From positions 8,122,001-8,186,000 of the forward strand of contig OZ210884.1 in the NCBI GenBank assembly GCA_964658305.1: a stretch of 64,000 nt of DNA, written 5' to 3'. The stretch comes from Leptogorgia sarmentosa. Taxonomy: Eukaryota. How positions within the stretch are numbered: position 1 is the stretch's first letter; every line of letters starts with the position of its first letter. The position numbers were made by a program, and so were the translations under genes. Below, piece after piece: positions 23,986 to 36,187 of the stretch. Under the pieces are notes generated by a model that was given only the letters and a program-made list of their open reading frames with translations, searched no databases and was not told where the DNA came from.

Positions 23986-25272
23986 AATTACTGAGAAAAT
24001 CACAACAATCAAATTGTGATTAAACTTGCTTGTAATACTTTTTATGTGCCAATTCCAGAGGCAAATTTCCCATTCTAAAAGAATGAAATAGCAAGGGTTA
24101 GGTGTCCTGTTGGTTTTTATTTTGAAAAATAAAATGTGATGACAAGGACCATTTCTTACATATTTGAAGACAACTGAACAACACAAATAAGAAACAATGA
24201 CTAAGTAAAAAAAATCAGACAAATCTATGAACTACACACACTACAAGCAAGTATTTTTCAGTCTGACTTCACACAACTTCGTATAGGATTCCATAGGAAT
24301 GTTTAAAATGACATGTATTAAAGCCTTTAATACAAAAGATCATGCTTTTAAAAATGTTTATACACAAACCTATTGCTCACTTTGCCATATTACTTAGAAT
24401 CTGGGCAGGAATATTATGCACAACAGAGCACAAACACACAGCATCATGTTCATTTTAACAGAGTAACTATATATCATTGTGTTGTTATTAAATGCTCTGA
24501 GTTTATATTTGCATCACAAAGTGCTTTATTTATTAAAATCATAATTGCTTTTAATAATTAAGATTTTATCAGCGTCATACTCATATCTCACGCATACAGA
24601 CAGTGGCCATAAATTGATGACATTTATTCCTTACATTTTACCACTCAAATGGTTGACAATTTCTCAGACTAATGTCAAAAACAATCATTGTTATTCTCAC
24701 TTATTTCTCTCTCTTTGGCCACTTTCCAAAGTTTAAAATATCAGCCAAGTGTCAAGTACAAAGTACAGCTATGATACTTGTTATTCAGCTGAACATTTGG
24801 TCAAATTTGCTGAAGAACATATAAGGTAATTAATATCCACCAATCACATGCATAGAAGCCCTATTATGAAGAGGAACAGGAAATAAAACTGTGTGGAATC
24901 CAAGTAAACATGTTGATTGGAAAATGTTTTCTTGGTAAAAAGATTTCTTTGAACGCCCGCCAAAAACTGGGTTTCCATGGAAAACGTCTTCAGCATGAGT
25001 CCAGGCATGTCAAGGTCATAAAAGAATTGACGTTTAAAATTTAAATTGAGGATAACTATTATTGTAAAGCGTAAAGAGCACTTTAAAAGTAAATTTTATC
25101 AAAGCCAAACACGTCTAAAGCACGGAATGAACTGTTAGACATATGGAATTCAGTGAAATTTTAATATACTAACCTTTAAAAGCTCATAATTCAACCACGC
25201 CTTCGGTTGATATAAAGAAATTTTGAGCTTGAATAGTGTTGAATATGAAGATTTTAAAACCCCAAGAAGGTT

Positions 25273-25431
25273 CTAAAAGAAGAGAACCTTGGTAGCGATA
25301 ATATATTGATGCGTAGCTTGTTTCCACCTAACTTCGTGTGGCTTCAGTTGCTTCATAATTCTATTACAGCGACAATAAGTTCCATTCAAACACATGGCGT
25401 CGAAATTCATCGTCGAAATACTGCTCAACAT
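25273..25431 (-). promoter_or_regulatory. 52-aa upstream ORF in the putative PPP1R15 leader exon
   Basis: MLSSISTMNFDAMCLNGTYCRCNRIMKQLKPHEVRWKQATHQYIIATKVLFF*. Further uORFs at 25494-25456, 25385-25353 and 25187-25176 (MSF*). Confidence 0.6.
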
Positions 25432-25589
25432 TTATACGAGATTCAAACCGTCTCTTTATAATACTCGAGAAAGACTCCACAACATCGTGTACATTTATAG
25501 TTATTTCTTCTTGTGTTTACAAATATGAATATGATCGAGAATTCAGACGAAAATGCTTTATCAGGAAGTTTGAAATGTTAACCCAAACG

Positions 25590-25654
25590 TGACTCAGCTT
25601 TCGCTTCCCGCTGAAATATGACGTCATGTCGTCTTGGCTGATGCAATGATGTCA
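25590..25654. promoter_or_regulatory. bZIP site cluster upstream of PPP1R15: AP-1/ARE, CRE, C/EBP-ATF (CARE)
   Basis: TGACTCAGC 25590-25598, TGACGTCA 25619-25626, TGATGCAAT 25639-25647, TGATGTCA 25647-25654. TATAAAT on the minus strand at about 25499-25493. Confidence 0.65.
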
Positions 25655-26500
25655 GGGAAAACCCCCCAAACCCCCTTGTCTGTGTCAGCATTTCATTATG
25701 GATGTTTACAACCCTATATGGGTATATCAGGTATACAAATGGTTAGTACAATCATACTGGTATATATCAACAAGCAGTAATTTTTTTTACCTACTAGAAA
25801 ACTCCTAAAACTCCTAGGTAAAAGCCTAAAACGATACAATAAGATTCTATGTTGCCTGAGTGGCAAAATGAAGGAAAAAATTTGATTACAAGCAGTGACG
25901 TATCGTGCGCCGTATCCGTAAATAAACGTAAAAAACCAGAAAGATCTACAATAATCTAGGTACACTTGCAGTGACCCTCGTTTTATGGGGTCATTGTCTT
26001 CAGTGGTTCTTGTTCCGAGTCGTTCCTTACGTTCATGTTACCACAGTGCGTGTACCAGGCACTTCTTGGTACTGGAATGTTCGGGATACAGTTAACGTCA
26101 AGCGATGATTTCGCAAACATTACGTACATCACATCTCATTTGTTTTATTGTTTCAAAATTTGAGACTATTTGGAAACTGAAAGATTAATTATATGAAATT
26201 TAAAATTTCGATGATGCGTGTTCGAGGAATGGAATGTGATGTGTGGAATGATGCGCAGGGAAAATCCCGTCCGTCGGGACTTTTCGTTAGCGACCGTTGG
26301 AAGACGTCATACTCGCGGCAAAATGGCAGATTGAAAATTCAAAATTCAGGACCATATTGAATGATACCTAAAGACTACAGTAGATCCAGTTGATCCATTA
26401 GACCCATTAGACCAAAATCACCAAACAGACGAGTTTCTGCCATTCGTTCAAGCCAATACAAGCAGAGAGATTTGTCTATACCAAAAGATTATCCTGCAAG

Positions 26501-29500
26501 ATGAGTTGGTCTTGGTTAGGTTCGGATGATGTCGATGATGATGAAGGGAATGAAGGTCAAAATGAAATGGTACTGCAATGGATGAAATAAACCATGCCTT
26601 AACCTTACCTTAACCATACCTTAACCATACATCAACGGTCAACCATATCTTAACCATACATCAACCATACCTTAACCATACATCAACCATACCTTAACCA
26701 TACCTTATACCTTAGCCATACTGTTGCCATACCTTAACCATACCTTAAACATACCTTAACCATACCTTAACCATACCTTAACTCCTGGTATAAGAAAATG
26801 ATATATATTTTTCAGGGATGGGGCAATAAAGATAGTCTGATATTCCTCATTGATTGTTCAAAGCCAATGTTTGAAGGTGTTGAAGATGAGAAACCATTTC
26901 AGCTGTGCTTAAAGGTACATGTAGGTCCTTGATCATGTGACTGTCAGGCAGTACTTTTGCACCCCACCTCCCTTGCACCCCTATTCACCAAGGCCAAAAG
27001 GGGTACCCCAGTGCAAAAATCCATGCCTGTGCCTGATTGTAATTTTTATCTCCATACAGTGTGCAGCATGTACAATGAAGAACAAGATTATCGGAAGTGA
27101 AAAAGATTTATTTGGAATTGTTTTCTTTGGGACTGTAAGTGTCTGTATAAATTATAATTACTCAGTTCCAAAGAAATGCCCTCAAGAATGTTTAGTGATG
27201 TTGCAATAAGCAACAACAACAACATCATATATAAGTTTTCTTCAGATATACTGTATTTCACTTGATAAAATAACTGACTCTAAGTTTTTTTATGCACTTA
27301 AGGTGGTGTTATATAGTATAGCAATTGTGCAGTTTAAAGTATATTACAAACATGCTTTTAAAATGACGTTAAAAATGTATTTTTGCGGTAATGTGGTCAT
27401 TTTAAAAGGTCTGTTGTTTTTTGGTCCTTAACATTAAACAATTAGTAATACATCAATAAAATAGTTATAATAAGGAAAGAGTTCAAAGCTTAGAAATATA
27501 TTTTATTCAAAACTGAAAATTTGTGGAAGAAAAACAATCTAGAATGTTCCCTGCAATGCCATCTAAATAAACGAATGAAGCTAGCTAACTGGCTAAATGT
27601 GCACCCCCTCCCCCCCGTCCTACATACTGTTTCATACTGAATACTGTGATGCAGAAATGCACAAACCAAAACAGCGGCGTAACCCTCTCCCCCTCCCACA
27701 AGCTCTGTCAACTGTGTCGTATTTTCGTCGTGTTTTCTAAATCTATCTATTACCTTTTTGAAACGAACTGTGCTACAGAAATGCACAAACCACTGGCACA
27801 AACCAAAACAGCGGCGTAAAATTTATCTCGGAATAATCATGCTTTGAACAACCAGCCACTGATAGTGATAGATTAAAAATTCACATTTTTCTTTTGTTTT
27901 TATACAGACAAAAACTCGGAACCCCAGTAACTTCGAAAATATTTACATATTCCAGGTACGTCACACCACGTGGTCACACTGTACTGTATATTCCAGCTGT
28001 ATGCATAACCAAAAATAGGTACACAAGGTGTACGTGTATCTGCGGCCATGTTGCCAGCGCGGTGGTGCAAACTTGTCAATGCGCGTCTTGTTGGATCTGT
28101 CCCGAATATGAGTCACTTTGCATGTATAAAATAGTTATGCTGCTTGCAGATAGCGCGACTGTTTTTCTGAAAGTACTGTTTCCTAAAACCCGAGGTTGTG
28201 CGTTGAATACTTGATATAAGCTTTCATAAATATATCCCATTCCAATAATGTCAATGAAATTGAAATGGCATTCAATTACATTGAATTTCATAATTACATT
28301 CATTCAAAGATTCATTTTGTTTTTTAATTTCCTGCGCAACCCGCGTGAAAATTCTGGTGTTTCTGTCGTGTTATGGAAACACGGGTGATAAAGTAAAATA
28401 TATTGAAAAGATTCCTGTAGCTAAGGAATAGTGTATTTTTTTAGGACCTAGATATGCTGGATGCACAAAGAATTTTAGACGTAGAAGATCTTCTTAAAGG
28501 TTGTTAATTCAACAGTGCACAGGGTGTCCCAAAAGAACGGAACCTGCATAAATAATTATGCATTCGATGAAATTTTTATTCACAATAATGTAATTATTGT
28601 TCACATTCGTTTGTCAATGATGAACTTGATATTTCTGTGTCTCTGGGATTTCATATTTTGTGTACAGTATAAGTAAAAGCAAAACAGAATCAAAGTACTG
28701 TCACAGTGATACAACAAAGCGATTTCGTTTTTGATGAATACATAATTATTTATGCGGGTTCGGGGTTTTTTTGGGACACCCTGTATATATTTTAAGCTCT
28801 GGATAAAAAAAGGTTTTGTCGGACCATGCATCCACAGTTGTAATTATTCTTAGTAGTTAGTTATAAAATATTTTCCTGTAGTTCGCACTAAATTTCGTAG
28901 CCGCAGCAATCTAAGCTGTGTAATTGCGTGTGTGTTTTGTGAATACTCTAAGGTTTATTCTTCTAACTTTAGATTGCGATAATTTCAAAGATAATTATGG
29001 TCATAGTTTTCATTTTTCTCTCAATGACGTTCTTTGGACGTGTTCCAACATGTTTGCAACCAGGTATATCTTATCACAGCTTTAAAAGCTTATAGAACTT
29101 GCTCAAAATGGCTATACGTATGTATTCTATGTAGGTACATGCGGGAGGTTGCGCTATTCCTGCGGAAGCGGTGCGACCGGGCAATAAATTGTCACAAGGG
29201 GACATTTTGAGCTTTATATACTGAAAATAAAAGATTGGCGAGTGTTTTAATTATGTTTTCACTCGAATAAAATACAAGACTGTGTTGGGATAACATCAAC
29301 TGAAGCTGACCAAAATCGTGTTACTGGCAATTCTACCAGCATGCTTTACATACAAGAATCACAACAGAGACAACAAAACATCATTCAGTTCTGTTCTCAT
29401 CCTCGTTTGACTCGGTCTTAAAGTTTGTGTTCTTACTTTTCTCACAGTTCTCAGAAAATTGGGCACAAGAGGATTTTGTTGTTCACCAATAACGACCATC

Positions 29501-32500
29501 CTCACAAGAACAGCCCGTCGCTCCAGGTATTGCAATGTTAACAAAGTAGCTATGTAATAACTTGTTGGATTTACATTAACAATTCACAGTATTTCGTACG
29601 TTTTGAACAGTAGGTTGTATTAGCAGTGTACAGCACATATTTGGTACATCCAGTTGTTGTTAGCCTTCCTTTTATCCCTGTAATGTTATTTTTTCATTGA
29701 TGTTCTGTTCTGCTGTTCAACTTGACTTGGAGAGTGTATACACTTGCAATTTTTGTTCTGTCCTGTCCTGTCCTGTTCTGTTCTGCATTTTATTTCTCGT
29801 GTGGTGACAGTGTCGTGGCCAAGTGCTGTAACTTCGGTCATTTGCAATGTTGATAATCTCATTTATTTTCCAACGTATTTTCAGAGACAAGCGAAAACGA
29901 AGGCAATGGTAAGTTTCTTAAATACGACGAAAGTCGTAACATTTAATTTTTGCATTTTTCAAGCATACAATATATATATGCGTAATGTCGAAAAAGTTTC
30001 GTTATCAGTTACAACATACAATCATCATTTAGGATTTATTCGACGTTGGAATAGATATTGAACTCATGCCTATCAAACCACGTGCTGGACAGTTTGACAC
30101 GAGCTTGTTCTATGAGGTACGTGATTTATCTATTATTGCATGCGATGAGACAGTTTCGTGTACTTCACTGCGTCAAGGCTGTTTACACCAGCAACATTCA
30201 CTGCGATTTCTAGTGCTTTTTCTTCCTTTTGTTGTATGTGAATGTGTAAACCAGTTACGAATGTTTAAGCTAGGAGCCGTGCACACAATTGATTGCAAGA
30301 TTGTGAGTATTTTATTCAAAGATTAAGCATACACACGATAGGTAATTTATTACTTTAATTATTGTAGCATATCGTTGGTGAAGTTGATGAAGATGACAGA
30401 GCTACCATTCCTGATGCTGCCGAAAAATTTGAAGAACTTCTCACGAGGTTATTTTTTACTTTCATGCATAGATCATTTCATAAACGAGCAGCAAAAGTTC
30501 TACTCACTACCTGAGCGATACAATAAGTTTCAGACAAAAGTCCTTATCCCTGCTGGTTCCCAGAAAAATTCTTTATACGTGCCTCTTCTAATGTACGCGA
30601 TTATTTGAAGCGGACTTTATTTTTTTGTTTTTAGAGTTCAGAAGAAAGATCACAAGAAGAGGCCTCTAGCCAGAGTTTCCATGAATCTTGGATCTGGTAT
30701 TGGACTGGGTGTCTCAGTGTACGTCTTTTTTCACTCACTAAAGTGACTGTATTATATAGCGCAGTCTATATTTTACTTACTTTACACTGCAATATTTTAA
30801 ATGATATCATAATATTCTAAACTGTATACATGTACTGTATAGTTTTGAGTGTTTAAAGCACTCTAGATATGAAAACTCTTATCAGGAAATGACTTTCTAA
30901 CCAGGCCATTCACCTGAGGGTTGTTCAGCTTACAACGTTTTCCGAGGTTATTTACAATTTTCTTCTTTTGATGGATGTGAACGATTGAACGGAATGTTCA
31001 GCTGAGGAAACATGTACATACTTCAGAAAATCGTTATTAATCTTTAACATCTATCAGAATTATTAAGGAGAAAATCGGAGGTCGTAGCAAAAATTTAAAG
31101 TGTACATGCAGCTTAAAGAATTTTTGTCTTTCAGCTAGATCTGTACTGTATATTTTTAGCTATAAAAAATTTTCTTCGCGTATTTTCTTCAATTCAGCGA
31201 ACCAGTCACTGAATAAGAGTTTACGTAAATCATATAGGATGATTCGTCTTTTTAGATTCAATCTTTGCCGTACAGCTGTGAAAAGTTCATATGTAAATCT
31301 CGATAGTCGCACTAATGAGGAAGTCAAGACTGTCACAAAATTAGTTTGTGAGGTAACTACTGAATCTATAACAATGCACTTACGACAAGGTGCGTTTGCA
31401 TTTATGGCATCAAATCTAAACATTGACAAAGTGAGTGCATAGCTGTTTTTACACCTCTATAAAGCTTTGGTGATTCCCTATTCAGGAATCTATTTCAGTT
31501 CTCCCCCTTGGATCATCCCTCAGCATTTCCTAAGCAGAATATTGTTTCCAGAGAAAACCTGCGGTTTAAGGCGAGGGGGTTACAGTTTTTTGCGCGATAT
31601 ACAGCCTTCGTTTACAAGTAATACACTTTATCCTTTTGCGTGACTCGTTTGATAAACAATTGCCACCAGGACCAGCGTTTGAAAGATTTACCATCGAGGT
31701 AAACTTCTCTAAATCCTTTAAGTTGGATATTCGTAACTCATTAAGGTTGCCAAACTGACATCTGGTCCACACTTGTTCGTTTTTCACACATGCGCACAAA
31801 GGACTGTAACCCCTCTTTAAGGCAAAGCGTCGAAGCGATATTTTGTAAAATGTTTAACTTTCATTTTTTCTCTCTTTTAATTGATATAGACGACTGGTGT
31901 TGAACTTTTGCCTACTGATCTAAAATTTTATCAGATGTTCGGAGGTGATAAGGTAGCCATTATGGTTTTATCCATTCGCGTTTATTGACTTTATTCACCA
32001 TCGATTTAAGTATCAGAATCGTGTCGGAATCGATAGTAATAAAGAAGAGTAACTGCAGTTTTATTATGGTAGAGCTGGTGTCCTGGTAAATGGGGTTTTT
32101 TTTTCTTAGGTGGTTTTCGAAAAAGAAGAAGTCGATTCCATAAAGTCTTCGGGTGAAACTGGTAAGGAATTAACTAAAACTATTTTGAGTTGGCTTCATA
32201 TTTCTCGCTTTATCTATCAAACATAACTGCATTGTTTGATTGTCCGAGGAGTACACTATAGTCCAGGTCTAATTTTTCTATGGTAATCCTTTTCTTCTGC
32301 TTTTGTCGATCTTGCTTTGTATATGTACAAATATTTCTTATTCTGCCGCATAATCAAATTGAAATGAAGTCGAAAGTTGTTTTACAGGTTTAACCTTGTT
32401 GGGTTTCAAACCCCACAGTTCATTAAAACGATATCATCACGTTCGACCGGCTCAATTTATTTACCCCGATGAGAAGGTAAGTGGTTGTATAAACTTGTAC

Positions 32501-35500
32501 ATACAAATATGTAGACGAAGTAGAGTGCTTAAATATTTTCCCTAATAGTGACAGTAAGGAAAGTCCAATCAAAAATTCACTGATATATTAATCCCAGGCA
32601 GTAATGCACTGGCATATAGCTACCACTAATTGCTAATGCAAATGCAAGCCGGACTTAATTTCACATCTACCTTGTTTTAGTCAATTTCTGGAAGCAGTCG
32701 TCTTTTCACGGCCTTGTTAAAGAAATGTGCTTCAAAAAATTTAGTCGCTATTTGTCGGTTTGTTCCTCGCCTTGCTGCCTCGGTCAGGCTGGTTGCTCTT
32801 ATTCCACAGGTAGTCACATGCATTTTACTGGAGAATAAATATAGAATTAATAGTACAGTAGTTTCCCCTTTCACTGTTTTCTACGTGCAGGAAGAAGAAT
32901 TGGATGAGCACAATGTTCAGTTATCACCTCCTGGTTTTCATTTAATTTTCCTTCCGTTTGCTGATGATTTGAGGAAATTATCTTATGAAGACACACCACG
33001 AGGTATGATTGCTTTGAAATGATTTCTATTTGTCGGTTGGATGATTTGGAGGTTTGCACGTTTAACATTTTATAGTTACTGTACCGTTTATGCAATTACC
33101 GGGTATGACTACCGGTACCGTGTCTTTCATTCGAAAATGGAAAATGCGTTTTAAAGCAACTCATAACATCAAAACTGTAATAAAATGTTGACAAATTTTT
33201 GAATATCTCGCCATGGTTTATCATTATCGAAAAGGAGATGAGTGCTGTTTATACCAGTTGATGGATTGGTCCTTGTCCTACTTCCAAGCTTATCAACGCC
33301 ATTGTATAACATATTAGGCCTAGCCTGCTGATACAGACCTTCCACGCAGGGCCGTCGCTAGAACGTTAATTGGGGGGGGGGCATATTCATAACTGATTTC
33401 TTTTGAAATCAGTTGTTTATGAATTAATTTCTAAAGAAATCAGTCGGCAGAACGCCAAAATATGAATATCCACCCACCCCCCCCCCCCCCCCCCAATTAA
33501 CGTTCTAGCGATGGCCCTGTCTGTCAGCGCCAAAAATTCCATACTGATGACGTTGCTGTGACACGAGTATTTCCGGTACAGAGAAAATAAATTACCAAAG
33601 ATGGCGGCAGGCTAAACGATGGCGGCAAAGTCAAATATCAATTCTATTTGCATATTGTGCGGCAAAGACGTTTTGCCAAGAGAACGATATTGCATTCATA
33701 AGCAAAAGATAAATAGTATCAGTAAAATAATTCTCGAATTGCCACAGGTGTTGCTTGAATCCTATAGCATAAATATTAACAACATACTCAACGGAGACGA
33801 GTTATTCTTGTGCTGTCCCGTGTGTAAAAGGTTATTTGAAAAGAGGGCTAAAGCTGTCACCAACTTGACGAATATCGAAAATGAGCTTTTAAGTCAAAGC
33901 AGTAACCGTATACGATCACAATCAACATTGGGTAAAGAGGAAGAGGCCGGGCCACCGAAGCAATTTAGTTCGGCAGACGAGTTACAACAACCAAGGCAAA
34001 GTACCCCATCAGGTCCTGTTCCTGATTTGCGAGAATCCATTAGTTTATCTCCAGTAGCAGTACAATCAGAGCGCTTGGTCCCTGTTACTTCTTACAAAGA
34101 AAGTATGTCGCCTTCCATTGTTTTGATTTTTGAAATTAATTAATGCAGAATGTTTCAAATAATTATATCGATTATCCAATCACAGCGCGTGACAGGATTC
34201 TGTCACAGCAACGTCATCAGTATGGAATTTTTGGCGCTGATAAGCAGACCTTCCTCCGGGAGGATTCGAGACTCCCGCGTGGAATGAAGGTCTGTATCAG
34301 CAGACAGCAGGCTATATTAGGCCAAGCAATTCATTTCACTTACAGCAAATGATGACCAAGTAGAGAAGGCGAAAGAAATACTCACAGCTTTGACAAGCAA
34401 TTTTGATCCTTTGGATATCGAAAATCCGTGTAAGTCACAAAAAAATGTTTTCTTCACCATCCAATTTCTTTCTTTCTCAACTATCATCCATAGATCATTT
34501 TCGTTTTCTTCTTCAGCTATGATGACTCGTAGTAAATTCTCGTCTCTTTAACTATCAATTGATACTAATTATAGGCCGTCATTTTATTTTGTTGTTGTTT
34601 GAATTGCTGCTGTTATATATTGTCGTTTGCTTTATTAGTATTGTTGATTTTTAAGTTATTGTTGCTCCAAGATTTTTCTGTATTCACATTACTACATTTT
34701 ATAGCTTTGCAGAAACATTACTGTAATCTTGAAGCTTTGGCTCTTGATAAAGATGCTCCAGAAAATATCAATGATCTCACAGGTACTACGCACGGAGAAT
34801 TTAGTTTCAAAAATGTTTAACTGCTTTGAAGCAATCAAAATTGAGCTTCGTTTTGGCGGTGAAAAACGTTTGTGTAAATGTAAGTGGTCGTGCAACAAAA
34901 AATTGAACCCGCAGTACGACAGAATTGAACAATATTTTACCTGAAACATTATTTGATCCTGTTTTTGCCAACACAATTCTATACATTTTTTCCCCATGTA
35001 ATACGTAATTTGCAGAACCAAATAAGGCACAAATAGATGCAAGACTGGGCAACCTAGCAGTGGAATTCAAAGACCTTGTATTTCCTGAAGGTTATGATCC
35101 CGAAGCCAAGGGCGGAAAAAGGAAGGTACAACAATGAACAATCTTAATGATACATGTGTGCATGACTTCCCATTTTCATTATCTTGTGAACCGGTTCGAT
35201 GAATGGTGAGAGGTGAGGGTGAGAGTGAGTAAGACTGAGGGGTGAGGGCGAGAGGTGGGGGTGAGAGTGAGAGTTGTGGTGACAGTGACAGTAAGAGTGA
35301 GGATGAGGTAAGGCAGAAGGTGAAAGTGAGAGTAAGAAAAATTCTATGGGCTGAGATTAAATATTTACATTTTTCCCACACCAGTATTTTAGGGCCTCAA
35401 CAGATATATAGATAATTACATAGATAGAACTTTTTAAATGATGGAGAGATCGTCACACATTCACGCCCAGTTGTTGGATTTAGATTCAACTTTCTTCTTA

Positions 35501-36187
35501 GGCTGCTGGTGCGTCTGCTACGTCTACAAAACGCGTGAAAACTGAAGAACAAGTAGACGTTAGAGAATATGCTACATCCGGAAAGGTTAGCATCGGAATA
35601 TTGAAATAAAACCTATCAGCCATTAGTATACACCCAACCATCGTCTATTACAAATGCTACATTCTGATTGGCTACTCAGCCGTTGTCCTATTCTGTGATA
35701 GACGACGGTTCGCGAAAAAGCAAAGGAAAACAATATGGCTACTGCAGAAAACTCGCGTTTTGGTGAGGTTTTGTGGGGAAATCAATACGATTTTGTGGCA
35801 CTCGATGTACTAAATTTTAAATTTTCTCAGTATCAATTTGAAATTATACACATGTCGAAATTCCAACCAGGAATAGTTGAGAAAAGTTCATGCCAGTAGA
35901 TTCGATTTTGCAGGTTCGAACCTACGCTTCTAGTTTCGCTCATGCAGGTGTTCGTTTCCTGCCTGAGGACCTCAAGGCCCTGGGAACGAGGTTGGACCTT
36001 ATAGTTGCGGTTAATTAGGCTTGATGGACATTGTTCAAAAGAGAAACATTCTGTTCTTCTTGTGTTTCAGCTCAACAAACTGACAGTTCCAGTCCTGAAG
36101 GAATTTGTGAAGTCCCAAAACATCAAGTGTGGAAAAAAGAAAGCGGAGCTTGTCGAGGCCGTGAACCAACATTTTGGACTTGACTAA
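26501..36187 (+). CDS. XRCC6: Ku70 (X-ray repair cross-complementing protein 6)
   Basis: 22 exons: 26501-26569, 26816-26914 (KDSLIFLIDCSKPMF), 27060-27134, 27908-27955, 28445-28499, 28973-29063, 29448-29526 (KRILLFTNNDHPH), 29885-29908, 30033-30116, 30368-30447, 30635-30718, 31256-31352, 31890-31952, 32110-32161, 32388-32476 (LLGFKP..FIYPDE), 32681-32809, 32891-33002 (PPGFHLIFLPFADDLR), 34346-34429, 34705-34782, 35016-35125, 35502-35585, 36071-36187 (SAP: KLTVPVLKEF). Confidence 0.95.
26590..26782. repeat. 11-bp minisatellite (ccataccttaa)n in Ku70 intron 1
   Basis: Directly visible tandem copies with ccatacatcaa variants. Confidence 0.9.
28520..28783. mobile_element. Tc1/mariner-type MITE
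   Basis: cagggtgtcccaaaa..gaacctgcataaataattatg ... cataattatttatgcgggttc..ttttgggacaccctg|ta. Partial copy near 60294-60360. Confidence 0.75.
33347..33519. mobile_element. hAT MITE (same family as 5341-5514) nested in the left TIR of the Academ-like element
   Basis: cagggccgtcgctagaacgttaattggg...ccaattaacgttctagcgatggccctg. Confidence 0.85.
33619..34143 (+). CDS. Transposon-borne ORF with an N-terminal CxxC...CxxC (zf-AD-like) motif, probably a truncated accessory gene
   Basis: MAAKSNINSICILCGKD...LFLCCPVCKRLFEKR followed by a helical segment and a Ser/Pro-rich linker. Lies wholly inside the TIRs. Possible donor gtatgt near 34103. Confidence 0.5.
   Translation: MAAKSNINSICILCGKDVLPRERYCIHKQKINSISKIILELPQVLLESYSININNILNGDELFLCCPVCKRLFEKRAKAVTNLTNIENELLSQSSNRIRSQSTLGKEEEAGPPKQFSSADELQQPRQSTPSGPVPDLRESISLSPVAVQSERLVPVTSYKESMSPSIVLIFEIN
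35205..35335. repeat. Degenerate (gtgaga)n simple repeat
   Basis: Hexamer-periodic G/A-rich tract in a Ku70 intron. Confidence 0.7.

Larger units (their letters stand above)
33321..34314. mobile_element. Internally deleted Academ(H)-like DNA transposon in Ku70 intron 17
   Basis: Termini TAGCCTGCTG...CAGCAGGCTA, long TIRs (tcagcgccaaaaattccatactgatgacgttgctgtgaca and its reverse complement), and a perfect 9-bp TSD tattaggcc (33312-33320 / 34315-34323). Confidence 0.75.

Noticed and set aside
23986..24222. N-terminal 79 aa of the 636-aa ORF in the track
   Set aside because: Starts at a non-ATG codon and reads through AT-rich intron-like sequence upstream of a good acceptor (ttttctcag). The ATG at 23985 is the more plausible start.
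33544..33560. CTGATGA in the Academ-like TIR as a hammerhead core
   Set aside because: No stem II or GAAA element follows.
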